Assembly (NCBI RefSeq): GCF_018350175.1
Contig: NC_058368.1
Span: 210,738,001 to 210,802,000, forward strand
Direction of reading: 5' to 3'
DNA: 64,000 bases
Source of the DNA: Felis catus
Lineage: Eukaryota
Numbering within the stretch: position 1 is the stretch's first letter; every line of letters starts with the position of its first letter. Both the position numbers and the translations under genes were made by a program. Below, piece by piece: positions 12,727 through 25,223 of the stretch. The notes under the pieces are model-generated. The model had not been told where the DNA came from. It was given only the letters and a program-made list of their open reading frames with translations, and searched no databases.

Positions 12727-13487
12727 CGGGACAATTTTATATATACCAGCTTTCTCCTATTTAATAGTACACTATAGTCATTTTTCACCTCAGAATATAT
12801 ATGCAAGTACCGTATCCTTTTATTTTTTATTTTCTTAAATTAATCAGGATGTTTAATTCAGAGTACTGGGCTGGGGTCAGTCAGTGTTTATGGTTTTAAT
12901 GATAAAATAGTTGTTAAAGTGCTTAACCAGTAGGAATGCAAATAAGTAGCAGTTGAGTTTGTTAAAGTATTCAGTGGTTAGAATGTAAAATCTTGAGGAA
13001 AATGTTGAAGTGACTCTGACAAAAACAAATTTCTAACCTGTAGATGTTTGAAGCCATACCTTAAAATTGGTGTTTTTGCCTCCCAACAAAGACTCTAAGA
13101 TTGTTTTGGGAGGTTTACTCTGTCCTCCAGCCTAATTTCTATCAAATAACATGTTCAGCCTCTTAAATAATAGATTGTTTAATACCATCAAGGCATATAT
13201 TTTGAAATATATGAAAGAGTAAGAGAAGATTTGAAAATGCCACTGTTTCAGGAAACCTTTACTGTGATTTTGGCTCACTAAGTGAAAATCTAAAGATTTT
13301 CATGGCTTATACCTATGTACTATTCTGGTGTCAGTTAATTGATACATTATGGTGATTAGGTCTTAAATATGTAGTGACAGGAGAGAGCCTTCTATCAAGG
13401 CAGCTTTAGAATCTTTGTGGTATTATTAACTTTGGCCATTTTTATTATACCAAGAAACTGCAGTTGTCAATACAATTAGGGGTGCCT

Positions 13488-13663
13488 TTTTTCTTTTAAT
13501 GTTTATTATTTTTGAAAGAGAGACAGAGACAGAGAGCAAGCACAGGAGGGACAGAGAGAGAGGGAGACACAGAATCGGAAGCAGGCTCCAGGCTGGAACT
13601 CACTGTGAGATCATGACCTGAGCTGAAGTCGGATGCTTAACTCACCAAGCCACCCAGGTGCCG
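13488..13663 (-). mobile_element. CanSINE with internal deletion
   Basis: TSD caattag(g/a)ggtgcct on both sides. Confidence 0.9.
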
Positions 13664-13818
13664 CAATTAGAGGTGCCTGATAAACAAAAGGGAAAGATTT
13701 ATTTCCCAAATCATTTTGCAAAGATAAAATTCTCCACTGAAGTCTGGCTTTGGCAGTGTATTGGCCTAAGATCCCTTTCAGTAATACGTTTCAATGATAC
13801 TATGAAAAGTTAGGGGGT

Positions 13819-14046
13819 GGGGCGCCTGGGTGGTGCAGTCGGTTAAGCGTCTGACTTCAGCCAGGTCATGATCTCGCGGTCCGTGAGTTCGAGTCCCGCG
13901 TCAGGCTGATGGCTCTGGGCTGATGGCTCTGGGCTGATGGCTCGGAGCCTGTTTCAGATTCTGTGTCTCCCTCTCTCTCTGCCCCTCCCCCGTTCATGCT
14001 CTGTCTCTCTCTGTCCCAAAAATAAATAAACGTTGAAAAAAAAAAG
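13819..14046 (+). mobile_element. Young SINEC_Fc-type SINE with an internal 14-bp triplication
   Basis: TSD aaaagttaggggg; ggctgatggctctg repeated about three times. Confidence 0.95.
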
Positions 14047-14524
14047 TTAGGGGGCAATTATTTTTGGTTGAATGGAGGAAAGAGGTCAGGATGGTTTAAT
14101 GTAATGAGATGTATTCCAGAAGAAGGCTTAACATAAGTAGCTAATAATCAGTAAATTCACCAATTTTAATAATTTTAAATGAACTGCCCAGAATTTACAT
14201 CCTAAAAGGAGGGTTAAAGTCCTGAGGTTAACATTGACATCTGTACCATTCTCTATAACATTCTTCATTTTAACTCAGCTATTTTTTTTCCACATGAAAA
14301 CAATGTTTTCAGTGAGATTACTTCTTTTGATTAAATTAAAACAAAGAGAAAAATGTCTTATTTTAGAAATATCTGCAGCAGAGAGTTAAAATCAGAAGAT
14401 ACTTGCAGACAGTACTACTCAAATAAAAGACAGAACTCTGCAATCACATTTTCATTTTCTCCTAAACTCATTAAAACCACACATTTAGTTATATATGTTC
14501 AAAATTATAAAGAAATGTAATTAC

Positions 14525-14682
14525 CTTTATTCTCTTTTTTCATTACTTCAGTCATAAACATTTCTTTTACTTTTTGGCATAAAGATTCTTTATCTACTTC
14601 AGCATTGATTTTTATCAAAATATTTTCTGGTTCTGTAAACCATTGCTCCAATAAAGGCCAGTTGTCCAAGAAGCCTATAATT
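14525..14682 (-). CDS. SPEF2: SPEF2 coding exon (approx. exon 18), 158 nt: (R)IIGFLDNWPLLEQWFTEPENILIKINAEVDKESLCQKVKEMFMTEVMKKENK
   Basis: Acceptor ttgcag|A, donor G|gtaatt; phase 2 to 1. Confidence 0.95.
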
Positions 14683-14879
14683 CTGCAAAATAAAAATACT
14701 GTATGAATATCATATACCAACTAAAATATTTGGGTAACATTATGCATGATTTACCTGACATGTATAATGAAAAAAAAAATAAGCTACCGATATAGTTAAA
14801 ACTGAAAAAGCAACTCTAAGAAATTATTTACTTTGAAGAAGAAATTATTTAATACAATCAAGCCATATTTTTTGAAATG

Positions 14880-16330
14880 CAGTAAAACCTTGGATTGCAG
14901 GTAAGTTGTTCTGCAAGAGTTCCGCAAGACAAGCAAATATTTTTTATTAAAAAAAAATTTTTTTTTTACGTTTATTTATTTTTGAGACAGAGAGAGACAG
15001 AGCATGAACGGGGGAGGGGCAGAGAGAGAGGGAGACACAGAATCGGAAGCAGGCTCCAGGCTCCGAGCCATCAGCCCAGAGCCCGACGCAGGGCTCAAAC
15101 TCACGGACCGTGAGATCGTGACCTGAGCTGAAATCGGACGCTCAACCGACTGGGCCACCCAGGCGCCCCTCTTTTATTTTTTTAAATTTATTTTTAACTT
15201 GATAAATGAGCGATGTCCTGCAATATGAGTAGTACGTGAGGCTGAATGTCACATGATCACAACTGAGCCAAATGGTTCTTCTCTCTCTCTCTTTCTCTCT
15301 GAAGGACGGTGGGTGATCATCTCCCATGCTCAGATGCTTGTTCTCAGGCCGTGGTGTTTGGCAGAAATCAGAGACTTTTCAGAACATTGGAGGGTGCCCA
15401 CAATTGGCATTAGTGTGTTTTTTGTTGCTTCAAAGCACCTATGGACAGTTCTTTGCTTTTACATTCAAGAGTAAGCTTAGGAATGCTTTGCTTTATTCTA
15501 GGTCAGGCTGCCTGCAGATATAGACCATTTCCTCTTCTGCCTTATTGCCAGTTACATTAAATATAGTATACAACAAGAATTTACTAATACTCTACTATAG
15601 TCAACATCTGTGTGGACATATACAATGGCCCCCATGCAGAAAAAGGTTGAAAAGAAAGGTGGTAAGAAGGAGATGACTATGGTAGAAGTTAAGAAGAAAA
15701 TCATTGAGAAGGACCAACGAAGTGTGCAAGTGGCAGAAATTGTAAGATTTTGTAAGAAGTCTATGTCTGCAGCTCATCTGCAAAGGAGGAGGGGAAAAGA
15801 GATTAGGGAGATGTGTAAAAGGTGGGAAACAGTGCAAAATTTTGTAGAAAAGCACCACCTGAATAAGGCTGCAGCAGTGCGAGCAACGAATCTCTTGAAT
15901 GACAATGCAATGTCACATTTCCGTGAAATCCTCAAAAGGAGGCAAAAGCAAATGTCATTGGGTGGATTCCTTGTTAAAGTTGCATGAAAATAAAAAGATT
16001 TCATTGAGCCAATAGATAGCAGTAATTCCAGTAGTGATACTGAAAGTTGTACTACACCATAACCCTCCTCTCTCACCTCCCTCACACCAGCCATGAATGT
16101 CTTCAAAGGCAAGCGCAGGTTTATTTTTCTTTATATCTTGTATTTTCTTTATTATTTTATATTATATTACATTACAGTATTGTAATATTTTTCTATGAAT
16201 ATTTTTGGGTTGTGAAACAAATTATTTGAGTTTCCATTATTTCTTATGGGGAAATTTGCTTTGATATACAAGTGCTTTGGATTACAAGCATGTTCCGGAA
16301 GAATTATGCTCACAAACGTAGGTTTTATTG
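14880..16330 (+). mobile_element. Internally deleted Tigger/pogo-family DNA transposon with a nested SINE
   Basis: Imperfect TIRs cagtaaaacct.../...aggttttattg followed by TA; ORF 15625-15987 resembles Tigger transposase N- and C-terminal segments. Confidence 0.8.
14959..15169 (-). mobile_element. SINEC_Fc-type SINE nested in the Tigger element
   Basis: T tail...cacccaggcgcccc. Confidence 0.92.
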
Positions 16331-17115
16331 TATATAAAAGAGTAAAAGAAAATTTGAAAATGCCACCATTTAGTGTAATTTTGTTCCACTAAGGAAAATC
16401 TAAAGAAAGATCACCTGCATTCATCATAGAGTTAACTCTGAGCACACTTCTCTTGGTAGCTACCAGCTGAGGTCATCTATTTTTCTCTTACAGACAGAAA
16501 TCAAAGAAACATTTAACTGTAGATAGCTCAGACTTACTTGCTTGACTCACAAATAATCTTGGAATGATTTTTGAAACTTTGTCTTCCTTGAGAATAGATT
16601 ACTTTTCTCTGGCTCACATCATATTTTTAGACTTCTCTGGGTTTCATAAAATTGTCTAAGTTTTCTTTCCCAATGAACACACTGCACATGACCAAGAGAA
16701 TGGGTGTTTTTGTTTGCTTATTTTTGTATAACAGCATTTTAGCAAAATGGAAATAGTTTTAAATTACACTCTGTGGTCTGATGCCTAGCTCTTTCAAATA
16801 TCATGACCTGCAACTGGCATTTGCGGAATGAGGGTTAAACTAGGATTCCATATAATGAACCATAGAAGGTGGTGTTGCCTGATTTGATTCTCCTCTTCCT
16901 AGTTTACGATGACTTATGCTCTGAATATTAAATCTAGCACATGAATATTTCACTTAACATCAAAGCTATTTAGTTTTTTTTTTTTTTTTTACTTGTAAAA
17001 GTAAAATGAATGAATGCTGGAAAATACATTTTTTTTCTAGATCTGATCATTTCGAAGTGACTGGGTGTCAGTCCACTCAAAGGGCAAAAAATAAGAAGTA
17101 GGGCATTGAGTTTTA

Positions 17116-17201
17116 TTTATTTACTTTTTCAAAGTTTATTTATTTATTTAGAAAGAGAAAGAGTGTGCATGCATGAGCACTCTGTGCACCAGTGGGGGAA
17201 G

Positions 17202-17245
<44 letters not shown>

Positions 17246-17371
17246 CCCATGCAGGTTCTGTGCTGTCAGCACAGAGCCCAATATGGGGCTCAATTTCACG
17301 AACTATGAGATCATGACCTGAGCCAAAATCAAAAGTAGGTGGCTTAACAGAGTGAACCACCCAGGCGCCCC
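17116..17371 (-). mobile_element. CanSINE adjacent to the exon 17 donor
   Basis: TSD agg(g/a)cattgagtttta at 17100-17115 and 17372-17387. Confidence 0.92.
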
Positions 17372-17394
17372 AGGACATTGAGTTTTAAACTAAC

Positions 17395-17503
17395 CTGTGC
17401 TGAATCTGATCTCTTAAATTCTGGTCTTTATCCATATCCTGGTTTTCAGCAGCTACCTGTTGAGTGACTTCTTCATGAGGTGTTTCACTTGAAAATGCTT
17501 CAG
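17395..17503 (-). CDS. SPEF2: SPEF2 coding exon (approx. exon 17), 109 nt: (A)EAFSSETPHEEVTQQVAAENQDMDKDQNLRDQIQH(R)
   Basis: Acceptor tcatag|CT, donor AG|gttagt; phase 1 to 2. Confidence 0.93.
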
Positions 17504-18439
17504 CTATGATATAAAAATTAGTTAATTAGATAATTTGCTAAAGCAAAGTTGCAGTAGCACTGCTAAAATGTACTGATGCAAGAAAGTCAAATAGATATGA
17601 TCATGCCATTGGCCCAATACTAATAAAAATGTTTAACAACATGAAAAGAAAGAGTATAGTTTTGGGATCAAAATTCAAATTTTTCTTCAAAATTGAGGAA
17701 AACAAAATACGATATAACATTAAAAACGAGCTGTAGTTTCAATGTAGAGGATTTCAGCATTGACTCTGAAGAGGTTAGAATGTAAAGTGATGGGCCATCA
17801 TGAATAATACACTAGGAAAAAACAATTAGAAAATCAACACTCTGGTGTAAAGATTAAGAATGAAATAACAGGGTGGCCATAAAGTCAAATATGTGTAAAA
17901 ATTATTTGTCGCTATTATGCTACAATCCAATAAAGTAAATTACATTTCTTTCTAGATTTTATGATCTTTCCTTAGAGAATAGACATAAAAGAACTGACCA
18001 CAAGTGACCAAAACCAAAAACATCCTCAACAGCTCTGATTGAGTCCTATTTGGGGTTAGTGGTACAAGTCCAAAACTCTCATGAACTTAGAATAAATGGA
18101 AAATCATAAAGAGAAAAGACAGTCTTGAACTAGACTAAAAGGGATTTAATCAATGCAAGAGAACACAGAAGACTGAACTAATAGTATTCAGGAAAATGGA
18201 GGACCCCCACAGGATATAGCAATCAATTTTTCTCCATCTACATTCAGGATAGAAAAAGATGAAGTGATTTAGAATACAGAATAATGATTTTAGGTTATTT
18301 ATAAAACCAAAAGATTACTGACACCAGTGATGAGTGATGGAAGAAGAGTGTGGGAGTTCTTCTCAGGAGGTGCTATCATGCACCATGTCATGGTCACTAT
18401 CTCAAATGTGTCAAGGCCTTCAGCACATCGATCAGCATT

Positions 18440-18912
18440 CCTCTGCCCAAACTCCACCCTGGCACTGGTCCCTTCCCCTTCTCTCCACTTCTGGCACTCT
18501 TTCCAAGACCGTGTCCACATCCTGGACCTTGAATGGCTCCATCCCTGCAATCTTAATGTCCTACACTCCAACTGTTTCTTTCTAGCACTCCCATATATGA
18601 TGAATCTCTCCAACATTCATCCAGTCCCTAAATTCCTACACCCTTTCCCCCAAATTTACCAGCATTATCCTGACTTCACTTTATTTTCTAGCAAAGCTGA
18701 GTTGAATGGTTGAACACTTCAGCTTCTCTCCCTCATCTAACAACTTCAATTTGTGTCCTTCTGCTACACCAGCCTCAGATGATATTTATGTCTCTTTCCA
18801 AGTCTACACTTGCACCGGTAGACATCTTTGAAGAAAAATACACAATTTTTTAACTTGTAATCTCACTAATTACTTGGCTTAAAAATCAGCTGATAGATAG
18901 AATGGATGGATG

Positions 18913-18951
<39 letters not shown>

Positions 18952-20950
18952 CATCTGAGATAAGTTTCTTGAGAGTTATCTTCACTCAGGCTCTCCACCT
19001 CCTCACCTCCCATTCATGCCTCAATCCACCCCAGACCATCCTTCCCAGTCTCCTACTCCATTGAAACAGCTCTCATTCCAGTCACCAAAACCCATCAAGG
19101 CCGATGCATATGTTTCAGTCCTTATCTTACTTGCTTTCTCTGTTGTATTTATAGGTAAAATTCAGCATACAATTCTTAAATACTTTTACATGTTATCTTG
19201 TTTTTACAACATAACTTGTAAAGCAAGATTGTGATTCTGTAATTGCACAGCTTATTAATGACAAAGAAGGGGTTTGACTCCAGTCAATCTGACTCCAGGC
19301 TCTGGACTTGTTTTTAATTTTCAAACTTTTTGTTGAATTATACCTGACAAAAAGAATGCATACATGAATATATAGCTCAGTGACCTCACGAACTGGAAAC
19401 AGTACCCAGAGCAATGAACAAACATTATCAGCCCTGGAAGCCCCTCCTGTTTCTTCCCAGTTACGATTAGTCATGGACGTTAATGATCCAGAGCCTGCAC
19501 TCAAAACTTCTCTATACCTCTCTTCATATTATGAACACTGCTGCTCCCACTCAGCCTGGACAAGAGACCAAAGCACTGGCTGGAAGCCCAAGCCACCACT
19601 TCACCTTCCATTCTGACACAGTCTTATGCTCCTAAACTGCCTGTTTCCCTATCCTTAGGTCTCCCTGTTGGCTTTGAGTCTGGGGCATTCCTCTCCACTC
19701 AGCCTTGGCTGGACTGATGCTCAGCCTTTGGGCCCACCTGGCTTTGGCTATAGGCTGCTTCCTTGTGATGTTGTTCTTCAGGCTTCTCCATAGACGGAAG
19801 CATTGCAGGACAGCATGCTGAATCTGACCTTGGAGACTGGGCTCCCATACCCCAGCCTGGACCTCAGGACCCCAGCCCCTACTCGTCTGGGATAAAAATA
19901 GTACAACTTTATTTCGAAAAATCTGTCTTGGCTTATGAGACACTACTTTCCCTGGCCTTCTTCCTCTCTAGCTGCTGCTTCTAAACACTTCTTCCTTTGC
20001 TCTTCCCAGAAAACTCTGATGTTTTCTGGGGGTCATCATGGATCTCTCTTTAAAGTACATTTTTACTCCTAGGTGATATCTTGCACCTTCAAATCCTTAA
20101 CTTTAGTGCATGCTTCCTTCCTGACATCTAGCCCCATTTGGAGAACTGTTCTATGAACATCTTAGCTGAAAGGTCCCAAACGCACTTCACACTCAACATT
20201 TCCCTAAAGAATCTCTATGTATTTTTCATATTCTCTAAGTAAATGGTATCATCAATCAAAACTGTGTGGGTCAGAAACTTGTGGTCATCCTGTTCTCCCT
20301 GTGGCATGTCTCCTGTCCTCACTGATCACTGAATTCTGTAGTTTGCCTCCTAAATACCACTTGAAGCTGACCATTCCCATCTTGCCCCTCCCAGCTTTTG
20401 TAATGCCTCTGCTGTTTTTCAGAGGATAAGAGTTTTCTCATTTGTTTTTTGTTTCCAATCTTACTCCCTTCCAATGCATCCTCCACCCTGAGCCAGAATG
20501 GACATTATAAAAAGCATATCTAATTGCATAAATCTCAGCTTCAATATCATTCAGTGACTTGACATGGCTTCAGGAAAATGCTCAAACACCTTAACTTGGG
20601 GCGAAAGTTTTGGCTGGCCCATGCCTACTCTGCAGGCCCATTTCTGCCCCTCTTCCATACCTTGCTGCCTCTCAGCCCTACTGAGGTACTTGCTGTTGTC
20701 TAGATGGACCACGCTCACTTGCCAAGATTTGTGATGTGTTTCTCTGTACCTCTCTCCCTTTCTTGGACTGGTCAACCTCTTCTCATGCTGGGCACACCTA
20801 TTATAACACACAACTAACTATATTATATAATCAGCTTACTTTTGCTTCTTCTTACACTATATTGTCAACTACTTGAGGATAGGGACTTGCCTTTCATTTG
20901 TTTATTATCAGTTCCTGGCAAATTATAAATCTTAGATAAATGTTTACTAG
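18440..20950 (+). mobile_element. Fragmented L2 LINE
   Basis: C/T-rich L2-like text ending tacttgaggatagggact...ataaatgtttact; interrupted by other repeats. Confidence 0.55.
18902..18950. repeat. (GGAT)n(GATA)n tetranucleotide microsatellite
   Basis: Directly visible. Confidence 0.95.
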
Positions 20951-20981
20951 TGGTGCCATTTTAGCTCCCTTCACTCTAGAC

Positions 20982-21171
20982 CAGTGCTATCCAACAGAAC
21001 TTTCTAAGATGATGGAAACATTCTACACCACTGCTGTATGATATGGCAGCCACTAGCCATATGTGTACATAAAACATAGCCAGTGTGACTGAAGAACTGA
21101 ATTTTTAATTTGTTAATTTTAACTAGTTTAAATGGCATGTGTGGCTAGTGGCTGCCATGTTAGACACACAA
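20982..21171. mobile_element. MER3-like hAT-Charlie MITE
   Basis: cagtgctatccaacagaac...gtggctagtggct; perfect 8-bp TSD CTCTAGAC (20974-20981, 21172-21179). Confidence 0.8.
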
Positions 21172-21888
21172 CTCTAGACTGCAATCCCTTGGTTCCTTAG
21201 CTACAATGTCCACTAAATTCCTTGAAGGTAGGATCCATTTCTTCTTTATTACTCTACATCCAGTGCCTAGCACAATGTCTGGCATCATGCTATAAATAAA
21301 AAATGAATATGTGAATGAACAAAATATTGTAGAAGGTTAGAATTTTATCTGAAAAAGTAACTGTCTAAAAAAAACTGTCTAAAAAGTTTAAGTGGGGTTT
21401 TGACTAACACGAGGAAATTTCAAAGACCATTCGAGCCTTATATTTTAAGAAAGAAAAATATTGTTTTTAGAAAAATCTTAAGATATGAAAGAATAACATT
21501 TTTTATCAACTGAAATACTTTAAAATATGAAAGCTGCAGATTGATTTTCAAAGTTGTGGACATATTTAGCATACTCAATTCTGACCAAAATAAGTAAGAA
21601 TTATAAAGTTAATGATTTCATACTAGTTTTAACGGTTTAGTTGGCCTAAACCCAACAATGGGCTCAGTTAACTTCAAACCAAGAAATACACAATGTTAGA
21701 CATGTATGGTAAAAAGAAAAATCACACTGTGCTTTAATACTAATTTCTGAGGGTATATAAATATGATTATTTATGTGTATATGTGCATAAAATTTGATAA
21801 AGGAGAAGTACTCCCTGTGGTAGGGGAGAAAGGGCATTTTAAAGCCTAATTATAAGTCAAGGGTCAAGAATAAAGAAATTAAACAATT

Positions 21889-22080
21889 TATTTTATTTTT
21901 TAAGTTTATTTATTTATTTTGAGAGTATCCAGGGGAAGGAGAGTAGGGGAGGGGCAGAGATATCGGGAGAGAGAGAATCCCAAGTGTGGAGCCTGACTCG
22001 GGGCTTGATCCCATGAACTATAAGATCATGACCTGAGCGAAGATCAAGAATCGGATGCTCAACTGACTGAGCCACCCAAG
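21889..22080 (-). mobile_element. CanSINE (older)
   Basis: gatcatgacctgagc...gactgagccaccca. Confidence 0.85.
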
Positions 22081-23007
22081 GACTTAAACAAGTTAGATGA
22101 TAACATCAGCTTTGACAAATTTGCCAGAATCACTCATCATATAATTTTGATAGGGAATTGAAAGAACTCAAACTGGATTGAGTTGGACTTCTTGAAAAAT
22201 TGTTGCCAGTTGATTTCCTTCTGTTTCTGAAACATACCACAATATGCTTCCTTTGGAGCCCCCAGAGGGTAGGCAAACCTTCTGCGGCTCTCATAGAGTT
22301 ATATTCAGCTTTCAGGGACCTTCTCCCCGACAGGTCTGTGTGTGTACTTTATAACAACTTGACATACCCACTTTCAAGTCAGACTGATCTTGAGTTCAGG
22401 GTCCTGTTCTGCCACCAGTGGGCCATGGATTGGCAGTGCTGGCAGCCAATCTCAGCTATGTCCTGAACAGGAGGGGGAGTTAGCTGGACAAGCAGAGTCA
22501 TTACTACAGTCAGCATTGCTCCTACTCCCTTTCATGGATAGAAGTAAGTTCTCTCTTTTAAGATGTGCTAGACAGGATCCAGTTTAAACTACTGTGCTCA
22601 AAAGCTAAAGTAGTATCTAGTGGTTTTGTCATTTTATTTAGGTAAATGATAAAAGAAGACCTCAAAATTACACTAACTCAAAATAAGGATGAATGTGACC
22701 TTGGACAAGTCAAGTGCTCATGCTTTAAATTCCCATCTATAAATGAAAGCATGGAAAGAGATGATCCCTTAGGTCTCTCCCACCTCTGAATGTCATTGTA
22801 TTAGTAATAAAGCAGTAATAAAAGAAAGATAAATATTATCATTTGTTAAAGGATTTTTTTTATAAAGGTAAAATCAAGACTCTCAAACAAAGGTAAAATG
22901 TCATTATTTAACTCTTCAATTAATGAGAGAACCAGTAGGATGTTACATCAGTTCAAATAAGAATTGGATAATAGACTATCTACAATCAGGAATGCTAAAA
23001 TACATGT

Positions 23008-23081
23008 TAATAGATGAAAAACTAATAGATGAAACTAATAGATGAAAACTAATTAGAAAACTAATAGATGAAAATCTAATA
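23008..23081. repeat. Short minisatellite, about five copies of (C)TAATAGATGAAA(A)
   Basis: Directly visible. Confidence 0.85.
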
Positions 23082-23418
23082 CTTGTAATCTCTTCAAAAG
23101 TTTAGAAATTAATTATATATTGATTAAAATTCATTTGCATGCCTATGGACAAGAGTCATTTGAATTGCTCTCAGTTTCCTATAATTTACAGAGTCATAGA
23201 AGATCTGAATCAAAGCCAATGAAAGGCACAGGCTCCCATAGATGCAGATAGTCCAAAGGGGTACAAAAGACTATACTTAGCTTTCTACTGAAAGGATACT
23301 CAATAATCTCTTGTCCATTTCAAAGTCTTTCATAATTCTTACTGATGTATTTGTTACATGTTTATTAACATGTGCCAGATACTATCCTAAGTGTTTTACA
23401 TGTATCTTATTTAATGTC

Positions 23419-24248
23419 TGTGATATTGTGATATAATAAGAGAAACATGTTTAGTCTTTTTCTCTGGCTCTTGACGAAAAGCTTGGAAAACGCTTGTAAT
23501 TTCCTGAGAGATAGGTATAAGGAGCATTTTTTCTTATTCATAATAAGCCCCTTGCAACATTACCTGAGTTAATGTTAACGAGATGACTCTTAGAAGATGG
23601 GGCCTGGTTGCCAGAGGAACAAACCATGTGATTAGAAGGCTGGAACTTTCAGCCTTGACCCCAGACTTCTAGGAAGGGGAGTGGGGTTGAGAGATGAATC
23701 AATCACCAATGGCCAATGATTTAATCCATCATGTTTATTAGAACTGCCATAAAAACTCTAAACTAAGGGGTTCAGAGAGCTTCTGGAATGATGAACACAT
23801 CCACATGCCAGGAGGGTAGTGTAACCCAAACACCATGGAGACCAAAGCTTCTGAGCCTGACACTCTTCCAGACCTAGCACTATATTCCTCTTCATCTGGC
23901 TGTTCATTTGTATCCTTTATGATGTCCTTTATAATAAACCAGTAATAGTAAGTGTTCTGTGAGTTTTATGGGTCATTATAGCAAATTCAAACCTGAGGAA
24001 GGGTTATGGAAACTCCTGATTTGTAGCCACATCATACAGAAGTGTGGGTAACCAGGGGATCTACTACTTGAAATTGGAATCTGAAGTTGGAGGCAGTCTT
24101 ATGGGGCTGAGCCCTTAACCTGTGGAGTCTTCCCTAATTTACCAGTAGTTAGTGCCAGAACTGAATTAAACTGTAGAACAATTTGGTGTCTCCCAAGAAC
24201 TGGAGAATGGGGTAGTGTAGGAATTCCACAATTTGGTGTCAGTAGTGT
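23419..24248 (+). mobile_element. MER21-like LTR nested in a MIR
   Basis: Starts tgtgatattgtgatataataag, ends tggtgtcag...; AATAAA near 23933; MIR-like halves on both sides. Confidence 0.7.
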
Positions 24249-24966
24249 CAGTTTTCCTTTCACATCTGTAAAACTACAATGAGGCATTTTATTATGTAGA
24301 TTGTGAAACTCAGGTTTAGAATAATGAAGTAACTTTCCCTTGGTCAAATAAATACCTCATGAGTTGACAAGAGAAGGTTCAAGAAGATGTGTTTTCCCCG
24401 TAAGTATTTCATTTGTGGAATAAAGTAACATTTTCATTCCAGTGACAAAAAGTACTTAAACAAACCATGACTACTGGAAAGACTATTCAACCCCCCCATG
24501 TGAGGACTTCAGCCAACTGAGACTGCTTCTCTGACTTCACACACAATCTCAGGGAAGGAAGCTATCGGATCCTTGCTTTGCAGAACAGATGTGATTTATG
24601 ACCTTCATTAGATGTGACCCACCAAGATGTACTAAACAGCCACAAGAAGCTTCTCCATGCATGCAAGTCTCAAAAAGGGCAACTCTGTGCTAGGGAAGCT
24701 GCCAAATTGAGGGAAGTGTTCAGTGAGATGCTTGCAGTTGGCATAGAATTCTCTGCTAGTTCTCTACAGTGCTGAACAGCAACAGTTAAAGCAGGAGGCA
24801 AACGTCCTCTGCTAGGTAATTCTTTGGAAAATCTGAAATGGATTTCTTATTACCACTCCTAATTTTAAATGGGAATACTCACCGATTCAGTCAAAGAAGA
24901 AATGAATAAAGAGCTTTGAGTTACAAAAAAGAATATCAAAACAAAGGGGAAAAGTATCCAGCTTAC

Positions 24967-25223
24967 CCATCGTGTCATTCATGCGATCCAGTGAAGAATT
25001 ATCTGAAATATCTAATAACATGACAAAATCAAATGCAGAAGGAGGAAGAGGAACTTCTTTGGAGGCTTTAGTATCAACAGCCAATGTGGATATTTGTGCT
25101 TTCTTTTCCTCCATTTCTAGGACCTCTCTGTTGCAGCCTGTGAGAGCTTCCTCCAGAAGCTTTGCTTGGTTTAATGTCATTGGAAAACCATCCAAGACCC
25201 ATCCTTGATCCACAGGTATCTTA
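24967..25223 (-). CDS. SPEF2: SPEF2 coding exon (approx. exon 16), 257 nt: (N)KIPVDQGWVLDGFPMTLNQAKLLEEALTGCNRE...LLDISDNSSLDRMNDTM
   Basis: Acceptor atttag|T, donor ATGG|gtaagc; phase 2 to 1; adenylate-kinase-like LDGFP motif. Confidence 0.95.

Noticed and set aside
23008-23081. Short direct-repeat array, superficially CRISPR-like
   Set aside because: No unique spacers, eukaryotic intron; simple minisatellite
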